A stretch of DNA of 64,000 bases from an uncultured Roseicyclus sp. (GCA_947491935.1 CANLLF010000003.1:580397-644396), one strand, 5' to 3'. Positions 30,827 to 39,490 are shown, counted from the stretch's first letter. Numbers and translations: made by a program. The notes: generated by a model not told the origin, from the sequence alone.

Positions 30827-31819
30827 TTATGCATTCACGTCGACGACGACACGGCCCCGGACACCGCCCTTGAGGATCGACCGCCCCAGATCCGGCAGGT
30901 CGCCAAGCGTCGCGGGCTGCACCATGGCCTCCAGCTTGTCCATTGGCAGGTCCCCGGCGATCCGCCCCCAGGCGCGCAGGCGGTTGTCATAGGGCTGCAT
31001 CACCGAGTCGATGCCCAGAAGGTTCACGCCCCGCAACAGGAACGGAATGACCGTCGCCGGAAGCTGCGCACCACCGGCCAGCCCGACCGCGGAGACGGAG
31101 GCGCCGTATTTCATCTGCCCCAGCACGCGGGCCAGCATATCGCCGCCCACGGCATCGACGCAGCCCGCCCATGTCTCGGCCTCAAGCGGGCGCTTCGTGG
31201 TTTCGTTGAGGTCTTCGCGCGGAACGATCCGGCTGGCCCCCAGCGATGTCAGGTAATCCGCCTGCTCCGGGCGCCCGGTGACGGCGGCCACGTTATGGCC
31301 CAGATGGGCAAGGATAGCGGTGGCAACGGACCCCACGCCACCTGCCGCACCGGTCACCAGAACCTCACCATTTCCGGGCGTTAGACCGTGATCTTCAAGC
31401 GCCATCACCGCCAGCATGGCGGTGAATCCCGCCGTGCCCACGGCCATTGCCTGCCGTGTCGTCAGGCCATCGGGCAGCGGCACAAGCCAATCGGCCTTCA
31501 CCCGCGCCTTCTGGGAATAGCCGCCCCAATGGGCCTCCCCCACGCGCCAGCCCGTCAGCACAACCTTGTCGCCGGGGGCGTAGCGGTCATCGTCGGACGT
31601 CTCCACCGTACCCGCAAAATCGATGCCCGGCACGTGGGGGTAAGTCCGCACCAGCCCGCCGCCCGGCCCGATGCACAGACCATCCTTGTAATTGACCGTC
31701 GAATACTCGACCGCGACGGTCACGTCGCCCTCGGGCAGACGGTCTTCGCTGAGGGATTGAACCGAGGCGCGGGTTTTGCCCTCGTCGTCCTTTTCCACCA
31801 CAAGTGCATTGAATGTCAT
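30827..31819 (-). CDS. acuI: Acryloyl-CoA reductase AcuI (YhdH family)
   Basis: VEYSTVNYKDG, PGIDFAG, GTAGFTAML, TGAAGGVGS, PFLLRGVNLLGIDS; directly downstream of dmdA. Confidence 0.93.
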   Translation of the reverse strand: MTFNALVVEKDDEGKTRASVQSLSEDRLPEGDVTVAVEYSTVNYKDGLCIGPGGGLVRTYPHVPGIDFAGTVETSDDDRYAPGDKVVLTGWRVGEAHWGGYSQKARVKADWLVPLPDGLTTRQAMAVGTAGFTAMLAVMALEDHGLTPGNGEVLVTGAAGGVGSVATAILAHLGHNVAAVTGRPEQADYLTSLGASRIVPREDLNETTKRPLEAETWAGCVDAVGGDMLARVLGQMKYGASVSAVGLAGGAQLPATVIPFLLRGVNLLGIDSVMQPYDNRLRAWGRIAGDLPMDKLEAMVQPATLGDLPDLGRSILKGGVRGRVVVDVNA

Positions 31820-31871
31820 CGCATCATCTCCCTCGATCATCACATGAAGAACGCCCCCTAACCTTCGGGGA

Positions 31872-32975
31872 TCAATTCCAGAATCTTTCTTTCACAACGG
31901 CGGCATACTCACCGTAGGGCGATTGCACGCTCAGCTCCGTGCCCGCGTCCCAATGGGTCATGCGGACCATGCCGATGGCAACCCCGCCGCCGAAATCGGG
32001 GCTGATCGCGGCCGACGTCACCTGCCCCACACGCTTACCGCCGGCCATCAGCGGCCACGCCCTGTCACTTCCCGGCAGGGTTTTGGCCTCGATGGCAATC
32101 GGGCGCACCTGTTGCACCGGGCCTTCCTTGGCCACCCGCAGCAGCGCGTCGCGCCCGATGCACCCGATGGCCGTGGCGGTGTTGCAAAACCGGCCAAGCC
32201 CGCATTCATGGGGCGTGTTGTCATCGGTCATATCGTTGCCATAGCTCAGCAAACCGCCCTCGATCCGCTCGATATTGTTCGGGCAACCGGCCCGCACATC
32301 CAGCGGCTTGCCCGCCTCCATCAGCGCATTCCACAGCGGCATCCCGATATCCGCGCCATCCACGTAGATCTCGAACCCGCCCTGTTTGGAATAGCCCGAC
32401 CGCGCAATGGCCAGATCCCGGCCCTGAAACGTGAACCAGCCGAAACGGAAAAAGCGGATGTCACGGATGCTGTCGCCAAAGACCTCCGCCATCAGGTCAT
32501 CGGCTTTCGGCCCCTGTACGGCAAGCGGCGAAATATCGGGCTCATCGACCAGCACGTCCAGCCGGTAGCCCTGCGCCACGCCCTTGACCCACAACAACAA
32601 ATCGCTGTCGGCGATGGAGATCCACCACCGATCCTCGGCCAGTTTCAGCACAACAGGATCGTTCAACATGCCGCCGGTCTCATCGACAACGGGCATGTAA
32701 TAACACTGCCCCGGCAGCATCCCGCGCAGATCGCGCGGCGTGAGCATCTGCACCAGCTTGCCCGCATCGGGCCCGCGCACCTCGACCTGCCGCTCCACGG
32801 ACACATCCCAGATCTGCACCGCCTCCTTCAGGTGGCGGTAATCTTCCTCGGGCGACCGGAACATCGTCGGCAGCAACATGCGATTATAGACCGTGAAGGC
32901 CTTGACGCCCGCGGCTTCGACACCGTCGGAAAACGGTGTGCGGCGGAGGCGACGGGATTGGGAGATCAGGGCCAT
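31872..32975 (-). CDS. dmdA: DMSP demethylase DmdA (GcvT family)
   Basis: SRRLRRTPFS..V...GVKAFTVYNRMLLP, WDVSVERQVE, GGMLNDPVVLK, ERIEGGLLSYG; acuI synteny. Confidence 0.9.
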   Translation of the reverse strand: MALISQSRRLRRTPFSDGVEAAGVKAFTVYNRMLLPTMFRSPEEDYRHLKEAVQIWDVSVERQVEVRGPDAGKLVQMLTPRDLRGMLPGQCYYMPVVDETGGMLNDPVVLKLAEDRWWISIADSDLLLWVKGVAQGYRLDVLVDEPDISPLAVQGPKADDLMAEVFGDSIRDIRFFRFGWFTFQGRDLAIARSGYSKQGGFEIYVDGADIGMPLWNALMEAGKPLDVRAGCPNNIERIEGGLLSYGNDMTDDNTPHECGLGRFCNTATAIGCIGRDALLRVAKEGPVQQVRPIAIEAKTLPGSDRAWPLMAGGKRVGQVTSAAISPDFGGGVAIGMVRMTHWDAGTELSVQSPYGEYAAVVKERFWN

Positions 32976-33049
32976 GGCGGGACTCCTTACCTTGGAGACG
33001 GCAAGACGACCGGGCTAGGCTGTCCCAACCCGTAATGATGGAGGGCGAT

Positions 33050-33514
33050 ATGAACCGGATAATTCTGGCCACCTTGGCCCTTATGGCGACATCGTCCCTG
33101 GCACATGCGCAGGACCATGGCCCGGAGGCGGTTGCCAGTACGATCCTGAACGCATTCGTGGCACGTGATGTCGCCACCATCGGCGCCCATTCCAGTGCGT
33201 TCAATGAAGGGTTCTTTGCCCGGGTTCAGGCCGGAGAGGTCGACGGGTCGTCGGTGTTCAACGGGCTTGAAGGCCGCGCGGCGACGCAGTGGGACGGTCT
33301 GATCCTGCCCGCGCGATATGACGACGGCTACGCCATCGTGCCCTTTGCAATCGAGGTTGGAGATGACGCGCAATCGCTCTCGACGCAATCCCAGGGACGC
33401 CTGATCGCGATCATCCTCACGCTCGACGGCCCCGACGATCGGACCTGGGGCATCGACGATCTCGATGTCGTCCAGCCCGAGGCCTACATGGCCTTCTCCG
33501 AGACCCGCCCCTAA
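33050..33514 (+). CDS. Secreted hypothetical protein, antisense to the surrounding operon
   Basis: RBS ggagg, signal peptide ending AHA, host-like codon usage; stop overlaps the dinB stop. Confidence 0.7.
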   Translation: MNRIILATLALMATSSLAHAQDHGPEAVASTILNAFVARDVATIGAHSSAFNEGFFARVQAGEVDGSSVFNGLEGRAATQWDGLILPARYDDGYAIVPFAIEVGDDAQSLSTQSQGRLIAIILTLDGPDDRTWGIDDLDVVQPEAYMAFSETRP

Positions 33515-34026
33515 CGCCATTCCGGCACCTCGTCGGGCATGAAGGGCAGATCGGTATCGTGGGTCTTGAGGCCAAGGCCTGTCAGCGCGGCGTGAACCTG
33601 CCCGCGATGATGCGTCTGGTGGTTGAACAGCTGGACGATGCACATGGTCTTGGGCATCGCCATCTGCCGCTCGACCGCCATCGAGTACCACGTGACCTCA
33701 CCCTCGAAATCACTGTCATCGGTGGACCAGGCCCAGGCCGCGATGCGGGCGTCGAGCGCCGGGCGGGCCTCCATAAGCGCCGCCCAGTCGTAGCACGACA
33801 TGGAGCCCTTGAGGTCCGCATCGGGCCCCTGCCCGTCATCAAACCGCGCAATCCAGACCAGATCGCCCCACATCAGGTGGCTGAGCGTGCCCCGGATGGA
33901 TCCCCAGAACAGCCCGCGATCCTCCTCGCGCTGCGCGTCGGTCAGCCCGTCGCAGGCCTGGTACATCCACTGGTTCTGCCACGCGTTATAACGCGCCATG
34001 GTGCGGGCATAATCGGGGCCAATCAT
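33511..34026 (-). CDS. DinB/YfiT family protein
   Basis: ARYNAWQN, FWGSIRGTLSHL, FNHQTHHRGQVH. Confidence 0.9.
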   Translation of the reverse strand: MIGPDYARTMARYNAWQNQWMYQACDGLTDAQREEDRGLFWGSIRGTLSHLMWGDLVWIARFDDGQGPDADLKGSMSCYDWAALMEARPALDARIAAWAWSTDDSDFEGEVTWYSMAVERQMAMPKTMCIVQLFNHQTHHRGQVHAALTGLGLKTHDTDLPFMPDEVPEWR

Positions 34027-34740
34027 CTACTTGCCACCCGCGCTGCCGGACCAGTCGATGGGGCAGATCTCGGCCGATTTCCCGCCGAAATCCCACATCT
34101 TGCCAAAATCCCGCACCTTGGATTTCAGGCCCTTGGCGGCGATGATGTCGGGGCCCATCCAGTATTTGGAATTGGTGATCATCACCGGGTGATCCTCCGA
34201 CGCGCCGGTGATCATCTCGATCTCGCCCTGGATCTTGCGCCCGACATAGAGGCCCCGCTTCTTGCCGTCGCGCACGATCTCGACCTTCTCGCGCTCGGCG
34301 CTGACGATGTCGGAGACGAGCAGCGTGAACAGGCCGGTGGTTCCGCCCGCAGCGCCCGAGAAGATCTCAAGGATGCCCTGATAAGCTTTGCCGCTCGCCC
34401 GCTCATCCACGTACGCCGCCACCTGCCAGCCGCCTTCGGCCATCTTGCCGGGGATGTAGACCATGAGGCCGACATTCAAACCGGCCAGGCTTTCGCCCTC
34501 GAAATGGCCTTCATCGATGGCAATCGCCATCCAGGCCTTGCAATCGCCCTCGGTCGGGTCGTGTTTGCCCAGGCTCACGACGCAGGGGCAGAAGACGGTG
34601 CAGGAGCAGTTCAGGAACAGCTCGCCCTTGATCGCCCAATCGCGGGGCTTCATCTGGCGGCGTTTGGGGTTGTCCATGCGCTGATCGATGCGCTGGCTGA
34701 CCGGCAAGCGGTCCGCGTCGGGGCGTTTTTTCACGGCCAT
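34027..34740 (-). CDS. DUF1326 family protein
   Basis: WAIKGELFLNCSCTVFCPC, EGDC, IDEGHFEG..L.GLN, YVDERA. Confidence 0.8.
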   Translation of the reverse strand: MAVKKRPDADRLPVSQRIDQRMDNPKRRQMKPRDWAIKGELFLNCSCTVFCPCVVSLGKHDPTEGDCKAWMAIAIDEGHFEGESLAGLNVGLMVYIPGKMAEGGWQVAAYVDERASGKAYQGILEIFSGAAGGTTGLFTLLVSDIVSAEREKVEIVRDGKKRGLYVGRKIQGEIEMITGASEDHPVMITNSKYWMGPDIIAAKGLKSKVRDFGKMWDFGGKSAEICPIDWSGSAGGK

Positions 34741-34751
34741 GAATGACCCTC

Positions 34752-35627
34752 CTATGTGGCGATGAGCGGCCAGGCGAGCACGCCCAATCCGCCTGCAATC
34801 AATGCCGCCCCCAGGGGCCGCGTGACGTAGTGGCCCACCTCGGGCAGTTTTTCGATAACCATGAACAGCGTGGCGAGGCCCATCCACAGGAGGCTCATCA
34901 TGCCACCCACGAAGCCAAGCGCCATAAAACCCCAGCAGCAGGCCGCGCAATAGAGGCCAAGACCCGCCCCCATGCGTGCGCCACCCTGAAATCCGGTGCG
35001 CCAATAGCCCAGGAAGTAAGTCATCGGCGCGTGGCAGACGCCGTGGCAAACCTCCTTGGCGCGGGTGAACTGGAACGCCCCCACCGCGATCAGAAGGCCG
35101 CCCGCGATCCAGACGGACTGGGCGATGCCCATCCTGTCGATGATGCCCACGCGCAGAAGGCCCAGTTGCGCCACGGCAAAAAGCGCGGCCACGCCGATCC
35201 AGACCATCGAATAGCCCGCCAGCACCCCGAGCCAGCCCGCCCGCGTGCCATTGGCCGACACGATCAGCCGATCATAAGTGGTCAGCGTGGGCACCAGCGT
35301 CGGCAACATCATCGCCGCCATCATGAGCGACCACATGGCCCAGAGCGGGCCGAACCGCGTCATGGCGGACATGTCCATGGCGCCCATATCGTCCATGGCC
35401 ATCGGCATGGCCCCGTCTGCGGGCACCGCGCCATCCATCGGCATCGCACCGTCCGCAGGCATCGCATCGCCCATCTCCATATCCATGGGCATCGTGGACA
35501 TATCCATCGCGGGCCGCCCCAACAGATCAAGGCCCATCCCGGCGCTCATCTGGTAGAGCACCACCCACGACAGCAGGATCCCCCCGAAAAACGTAAGCCA
35601 CAGCACAGATCGGATCGTGTGGGTCAT
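34752..35627 (-). CDS. DUF2182 family putative metal-binding membrane protein with Met-rich loop
   Basis: W.LMMAAMMLP, GAFQFTRAKEVC..VC, GLYCAACCWGFM..FVGGMMSL.WM motifs. Confidence 0.85.
   Translation of the reverse strand: MTHTIRSVLWLTFFGGILLSWVVLYQMSAGMGLDLLGRPAMDMSTMPMDMEMGDAMPADGAMPMDGAVPADGAMPMAMDDMGAMDMSAMTRFGPLWAMWSLMMAAMMLPTLVPTLTTYDRLIVSANGTRAGWLGVLAGYSMVWIGVAALFAVAQLGLLRVGIIDRMGIAQSVWIAGGLLIAVGAFQFTRAKEVCHGVCHAPMTYFLGYWRTGFQGGARMGAGLGLYCAACCWGFMALGFVGGMMSLLWMGLATLFMVIEKLPEVGHYVTRPLGAALIAGGLGVLAWPLIAT
35361..35507 (-). repeat. Met-rich imperfect 18-nt repeats in DUF2182
   Basis: 16 Met in 49 aa; units AMPADG/AMPMDG/AVPADG/AMPMAM. Confidence 0.8.
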
Positions 35628-35699
35628 CCCCGCCCCTCAACTCCGTTGCTCATCGCCCCGGCCACAGGAGGCGGGCGCGATTCCTCTTGCCCAAAGTGA

Positions 35700-35723
35700 T
35701 GTCAGACAATTAAATGTCTGACA
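35700..35723. promoter_or_regulatory. FadR/GntR-type operator between divergent DUF2182 operon and regulator
   Basis: Perfect inverted repeat TGTCAGACA-attaaa-TGTCTGACA ending 1 nt before the regulator ATG. Confidence 0.8.
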
Positions 35724-35724
35724 A

Positions 35725-36477
35725 ATGAAAATCGACCCAAACAACCCCGCCGACCTCTCTGCGCAGATTGCAGCCGCCATCCGTGATGCGATCATTGCGG
35801 GCCGCCTGATCGTGGATGAACGTCTGCCGTCCGAGGCGGAACTGGCCGAGAATTTCGAGGTTTCCCGCCCAACCGTGCGCGAGGCGCTGAAGCGGCTGGC
35901 CGCGCAGAGCCTGATCCGCACGCAACGCGGCGCCTTTGGCGGGGCCTTCGTGAACCGGCTGAGCTTTGAGGATGCCTATAACCAGCATATCACAACCTCG
36001 ACCCTATTGCTGGGGATGAATGGCGTCAGCTTCGATACGGCGTGTGAGGCGCGGTTTGCGCTGGAACGCGCCTGCGCGGCGCTCTCGGCGGAGCGGCGCA
36101 GCGCCGATCATCTGGCCACGATGCGCGCCGAGGCCCTGCGGCAGGCACAGCCCGGCCTGAGCGACGAAGCCTTTTGCGCCTCGGATGTCGCCTTTCACCG
36201 CGCCCTTGTCGATGGCGCGGGCAATCCGGTGATGTCCTATCAACTGGCCGGTGCCGTCGAGGCGATGCAGCCGCTGATGAACATGATCACCTTCACCGCC
36301 CGCAACCGCGCGGAGATCGTGCGGCTGCATTCCGGCATTGCCGATGCGGCCGAGGCGCGGGATGGCGACGCGGTCGCGCACATCCTGACGGAGTTGGAGG
36401 CCTATACGAAAACACTGGCCCAGTCCGTGTTCGCGGCCCGCGCTCAGGCCTCGGGCACCGGCTCCACCGCGCGGTAG
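35725..36477 (+). CDS. FadR/GntR family regulator (probable DmdR)
   Basis: LPSEAELAE.F.VSRPTVREALKRL winged HTH plus FCD domain (SDVAFHRAL); divergent from dmdA operon. Confidence 0.88.
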   Translation: MKIDPNNPADLSAQIAAAIRDAIIAGRLIVDERLPSEAELAENFEVSRPTVREALKRLAAQSLIRTQRGAFGGAFVNRLSFEDAYNQHITTSTLLLGMNGVSFDTACEARFALERACAALSAERRSADHLATMRAEALRQAQPGLSDEAFCASDVAFHRALVDGAGNPVMSYQLAGAVEAMQPLMNMITFTARNRAEIVRLHSGIADAAEARDGDAVAHILTELEAYTKTLAQSVFAARAQASGTGSTAR

Positions 36478-37304
36478 ATCCGCGTCAGGATCGCCGCACC
36501 GGCCAACGTGTTGACCGTGTCGATCACGGCCAGCATCGCACGGATCGTGTATTCCCCGGCGAATGTGATCGTCTCGGAGAAGCCACCCGAAAACAGCACC
36601 AGAAAACCCGCCCCGGTGAGCAGCGCCTGCCCCACCAAGGCGAAGGCGGCAAGCCCGAGGATCGGCCATGTCAGCGCCCGGGTCCGCCGCCAAGACGCCC
36701 GCAGCCCCGGCGCGGTCGCCGCATCGATGGCCACGGCGGGCAGGCCCATGCTGATCCGAAACACCAGGGTGAGATAGGCAAACAACGCCAGGATGCCGAC
36801 CGCAATGCCAGCCACATAGAAGGCGGGCGTGGGTGAGGGATCAAGATAGACATCATAGGACAGCAGGTTCAGGAGCAACTGCCCCAGAAGCGGATCCAGC
36901 ACAGATCCCAGCAGGAACAGCGGAAGCAGGACGCAAAGAAACACCGCCAGCCCCGCAATCACGCTGATGATGATCCAGGCGACGAGATACCGCCCCCAGT
37001 TCCGCCATCTCATCTTCGGCAGAAACGTATCCGGGGTCTCCGCGACGAGCATGTGCCGATGCCAAGAGACCGCAAGCACCGCGAGCAGCAGGAAGAAGGC
37101 GAGCGTCCCGATCACTTCCCCCGGCGGTCCGGTGATCAGCGTTGTATCGTTGAACCATTGCACGTAGGCCCGGCTGAGCGGCACTTCGATCAGCAGATAG
37201 GCCAGAAGCGGCAGCGCGGCGATCCGCAGGACCGCACCGGGGGCGCGGATCAGGTCGGCGATGGCGCCGAAGAACAGGCTTTGGGAGGTGACGGGCGCGG
37301 ACAT
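36444..37304 (-). CDS. Integral membrane hypothetical protein
   Basis: About 6 TM; AVSWHRHMLV.E, YL..RISMGLPAVA motifs; convergent 34-nt overlap with regulator. Confidence 0.7.
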   Translation of the reverse strand: MSAPVTSQSLFFGAIADLIRAPGAVLRIAALPLLAYLLIEVPLSRAYVQWFNDTTLITGPPGEVIGTLAFFLLLAVLAVSWHRHMLVAETPDTFLPKMRWRNWGRYLVAWIIISVIAGLAVFLCVLLPLFLLGSVLDPLLGQLLLNLLSYDVYLDPSPTPAFYVAGIAVGILALFAYLTLVFRISMGLPAVAIDAATAPGLRASWRRTRALTWPILGLAAFALVGQALLTGAGFLVLFSGGFSETITFAGEYTIRAMLAVIDTVNTLAGAAILTRIYRAVEPVPEA

Positions 37305-37443
37305 GGGCCATTCCTTGCGCATTCCGGCCTGGGGCTGCAAGCCGCATTCCGCAGCAGCCCAAATCCCCTTGCCGCACCCCGCGCCGCGCCCTACTGTCTC
37401 CGGCAGTCTGACACTCAAAAACCGCCAACAGGGACAAGATAAA

Positions 37444-38481
37444 ATGACGAGAATCACACTTCTGAGTTCTGCCGCCGCACTGGCCTTTGCGGCCCCCGCT
37501 GCCGCGCAACAGCTCACCGTCTTCGACTATTCCGGGTTCGAAGACCCCTCCTTCCACCAGCCCTATATCGACACACATGGCGCGGGTCCGGAATTCGTGT
37601 TTTTCGGCGATGAGGACGAGGCGTTTCAGCGGCTTCTGGCGGGTTTCCAATCGGATGTGACGCATATCTGCGCGGGCTCCGTGCCGCGCTGGCAGGCGTC
37701 TGGCATCATCGAGGCCTGGGACACCGACCAGATCGCCGCCTTCGAGACGCTGAATGCCGATCTGGTGGGCCAAGACGTGCTTGCGGGCAGCGAGGAGCTG
37801 TTCTTCCTGCCAACCGATTATGGCTCCACCGCCGTGGCGTACAACGCCGATGAACTGGCCGCCGAGGATGTCGCCAGCCTGGAGATCTTCAACAACCCGG
37901 CCTATGCGGGCCGCCTGTCGATCCCCGACAATGTCGATGACGCCTACGCCCTGGCCTATCTCGCCACCGGCGTCACGGATTGGGCGGATGTCAGCGATGC
38001 GGAGTTCGAGGCCGCCACCGATTGGCTGCGCGGCATCCACCAGAACCTGCGCACCTATTGGACCGACCCCGCCGAGATCAGCCAGTTGATGGGTTCGGGC
38101 GAGGTTCTGGCCGCCTGGGTCTGGAACGAAGTGCCCGTGGCTCTGGCCGAAGAAGGCTTCCCCGTGGGCTATGCCCGCAACACCGCCGAGGGCACATCCG
38201 TGTGGCTCTGCGGCTATGTGAACATGGTCGAGGCCCCGTCGGATGAGGCGCTGGCCTATGACTACGTGAACGCGATCCTGTCCGACGGCTCCGCCGGCCC
38301 GCTTCTGGGCAACGGGTTTGGCTCCGCCAATGACGCCGCGCTGCAGGCGCTCGGGGCCGAGGCGATGGAAGCCGCGGGCCTCGGCGAAGTCACGGTTCCG
38401 GTTCTGGCGCAGCTGCCGATTTCCAACGAGCAGCGCGAACGCCAGGCGGAGGCCTTCGAGCGGATCAAGGCCGGGTTCTGA
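37444..38481 (+). CDS. PotD/PotF-type ABC substrate-binding protein
   Basis: Signal peptide; LTVFDYSGFEDP, FLPTDYGST.VAYN, SVWLCGYV; no permease adjacent. Confidence 0.85.
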   Translation: MTRITLLSSAAALAFAAPAAAQQLTVFDYSGFEDPSFHQPYIDTHGAGPEFVFFGDEDEAFQRLLAGFQSDVTHICAGSVPRWQASGIIEAWDTDQIAAFETLNADLVGQDVLAGSEELFFLPTDYGSTAVAYNADELAAEDVASLEIFNNPAYAGRLSIPDNVDDAYALAYLATGVTDWADVSDAEFEAATDWLRGIHQNLRTYWTDPAEISQLMGSGEVLAAWVWNEVPVALAEEGFPVGYARNTAEGTSVWLCGYVNMVEAPSDEALAYDYVNAILSDGSAGPLLGNGFGSANDAALQALGAEAMEAAGLGEVTVPVLAQLPISNEQRERQAEAFERIKAGF

Positions 38482-38505
38482 GCCGCCTTCCCATCCCCGC
38501 AACCG

Positions 38506-38543
38506 GAACGCGCGGTGGCCTTGAGCCCCGCGCGTTTCTTTTT
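38506..38543 (+). terminator. Intrinsic terminator of SBP gene
   Basis: gaacgcgcgg-loop-ccgcgcgtttc followed by ttttt. Confidence 0.8.
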
Positions 38544-38576
38544 GGTTTCAGGATGTTGCAGCACGACGCTCACAAG

Positions 38577-38606
38577 AAAAAACGCGCTTGGGTCGCCCCA
38601 GCGCGT
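38577..38606 (-). terminator. Minus-strand intrinsic terminator
   Basis: ACGCGC-UGGG-GCGA-CCCA-A-GCGCGU-UUUUU. Confidence 0.85.
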
Positions 38607-38771
38607 CTCAGGTAGATTGTCGTTTTTGTCCTGCCGTCCGGCACAACCTTTTTTGTTACTCTTGCCGCCGCAGCCGCGACACGGGTAAGTCGACCGCGGC
38701 CGCAAGAGTGTGAGGTTGGCGAAGTGATTTCCGGATCACTCCGGGCACGCTTCAACCGCTTCGCCAGCCCC
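38577..38771 (-). ncRNA. Candidate ~195-nt structured small RNA (no family recognised)
   Basis: Own promoter TTGTCG-N17-TATACA; 13-bp 5' stem starting at the predicted +1; second long hairpin; A-rich linker; terminator with GCGA tetraloop and U6. Confidence 0.55.
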
Positions 38772-38807
38772 ATATACGTGTATACAGGTTGCGCCATATC
38801 CCGACAA
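38771..38807 (-). promoter_or_regulatory. sigma70-type promoter with overlapping TATAC-N3-TATA(C/T) box
   Basis: -35 at 38807-38802, -10 at 38784-38779, 17-nt spacer; box ACCTGTATACACGTATATG. Confidence 0.55.
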
Positions 38808-38864
38808 GTGAATTCGAATGCAAGATTGTTTTTCGGCTGAAATACGGTTGAAGGGTCCTGGGCA

Positions 38865-39461
38865 TCACCCCCGGGCGCCCGCCTCCTGCGCCAAAAGCCA
38901 CGCCTCCTGATCCTCGCTCTCGACGGCTTCGGGGAAATGGCCGCGCACAATATCCATCGCCTGCACCGCCCCCAAACCGGCCTCCATCAGGGTCCAGGAC
39001 GCCATCAACCCGCTGCGCCCGGCCCCGTATTGGCACGAGAATGCGAGCGTTCCGCCGCCCCGCAATAGGGCCTGCCGCTCGGCGCGCCCATCCTCCCAGA
39101 TTCGCCGCAGATCGTCGGAGGGCACGGAATAGTCAACAATAGGAAAGTGCCGAACGGCCAGGCCCAGACCCTTGGCCGTCCGCTCCAGAAGCGCGAAGCC
39201 GATCTCGTCCAACTCATCCCGCTCGACTAGGACGATGAGCATACGGGTTCCGTGGGCCGCAAGGCCTTTCAACGTGTCCTCGCAGCTTTCCGGTGTGAAT
39301 ACGGCAGATCCGTCAAAGCCGGTATCGAGGCCGGGAAACCCGGCCATGGCAATTTTTCCACCATGGGGATGGGGGATGATCGCCCGGATGGACCCCGGCA
39401 AACCAATTGAATTGTCGATAATTCTTCCTTCAGTCTTCCACGGCTGCACGCAGGCGGCCAC
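38865..39461 (-). CDS. Cys-dependent (CX5R) dual-specificity/tyrosine phosphatase-like protein
   Basis: HFPIVDYSVP (general-acid loop), SCQYGAGRSG P-loop, AVESEDQE; start uncertain. Confidence 0.8.
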   Translation of the reverse strand: MAACVQPWKTEGRIIDNSIGLPGSIRAIIPHPHGGKIAMAGFPGLDTGFDGSAVFTPESCEDTLKGLAAHGTRMLIVLVERDELDEIGFALLERTAKGLGLAVRHFPIVDYSVPSDDLRRIWEDGRAERQALLRGGGTLAFSCQYGAGRSGLMASWTLMEAGLGAVQAMDIVRGHFPEAVESEDQEAWLLAQEAGARG

Positions 39462-39471
39462 TGTGCTTTAC

Positions 39472-39490
39472 ACCTGTATACGGTTATACG
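39472..39490 (+). promoter_or_regulatory. Operator-like box in GntR/phosphatase divergent promoter
   Basis: ACCTGTATACGGTTATACG, 15/19 identical to the box at 38789-38771. Confidence 0.55.

Noticed and set aside
38570-38950. 126-aa minus-strand ORF covering the candidate sRNA
   Set aside because: Overlaps the phosphatase 3' end, runs through a terminator to a stop just beyond its U-tract, and has low-complexity Ala/Arg content and no RBS; an RNA explains the structure better, though translation is not excluded
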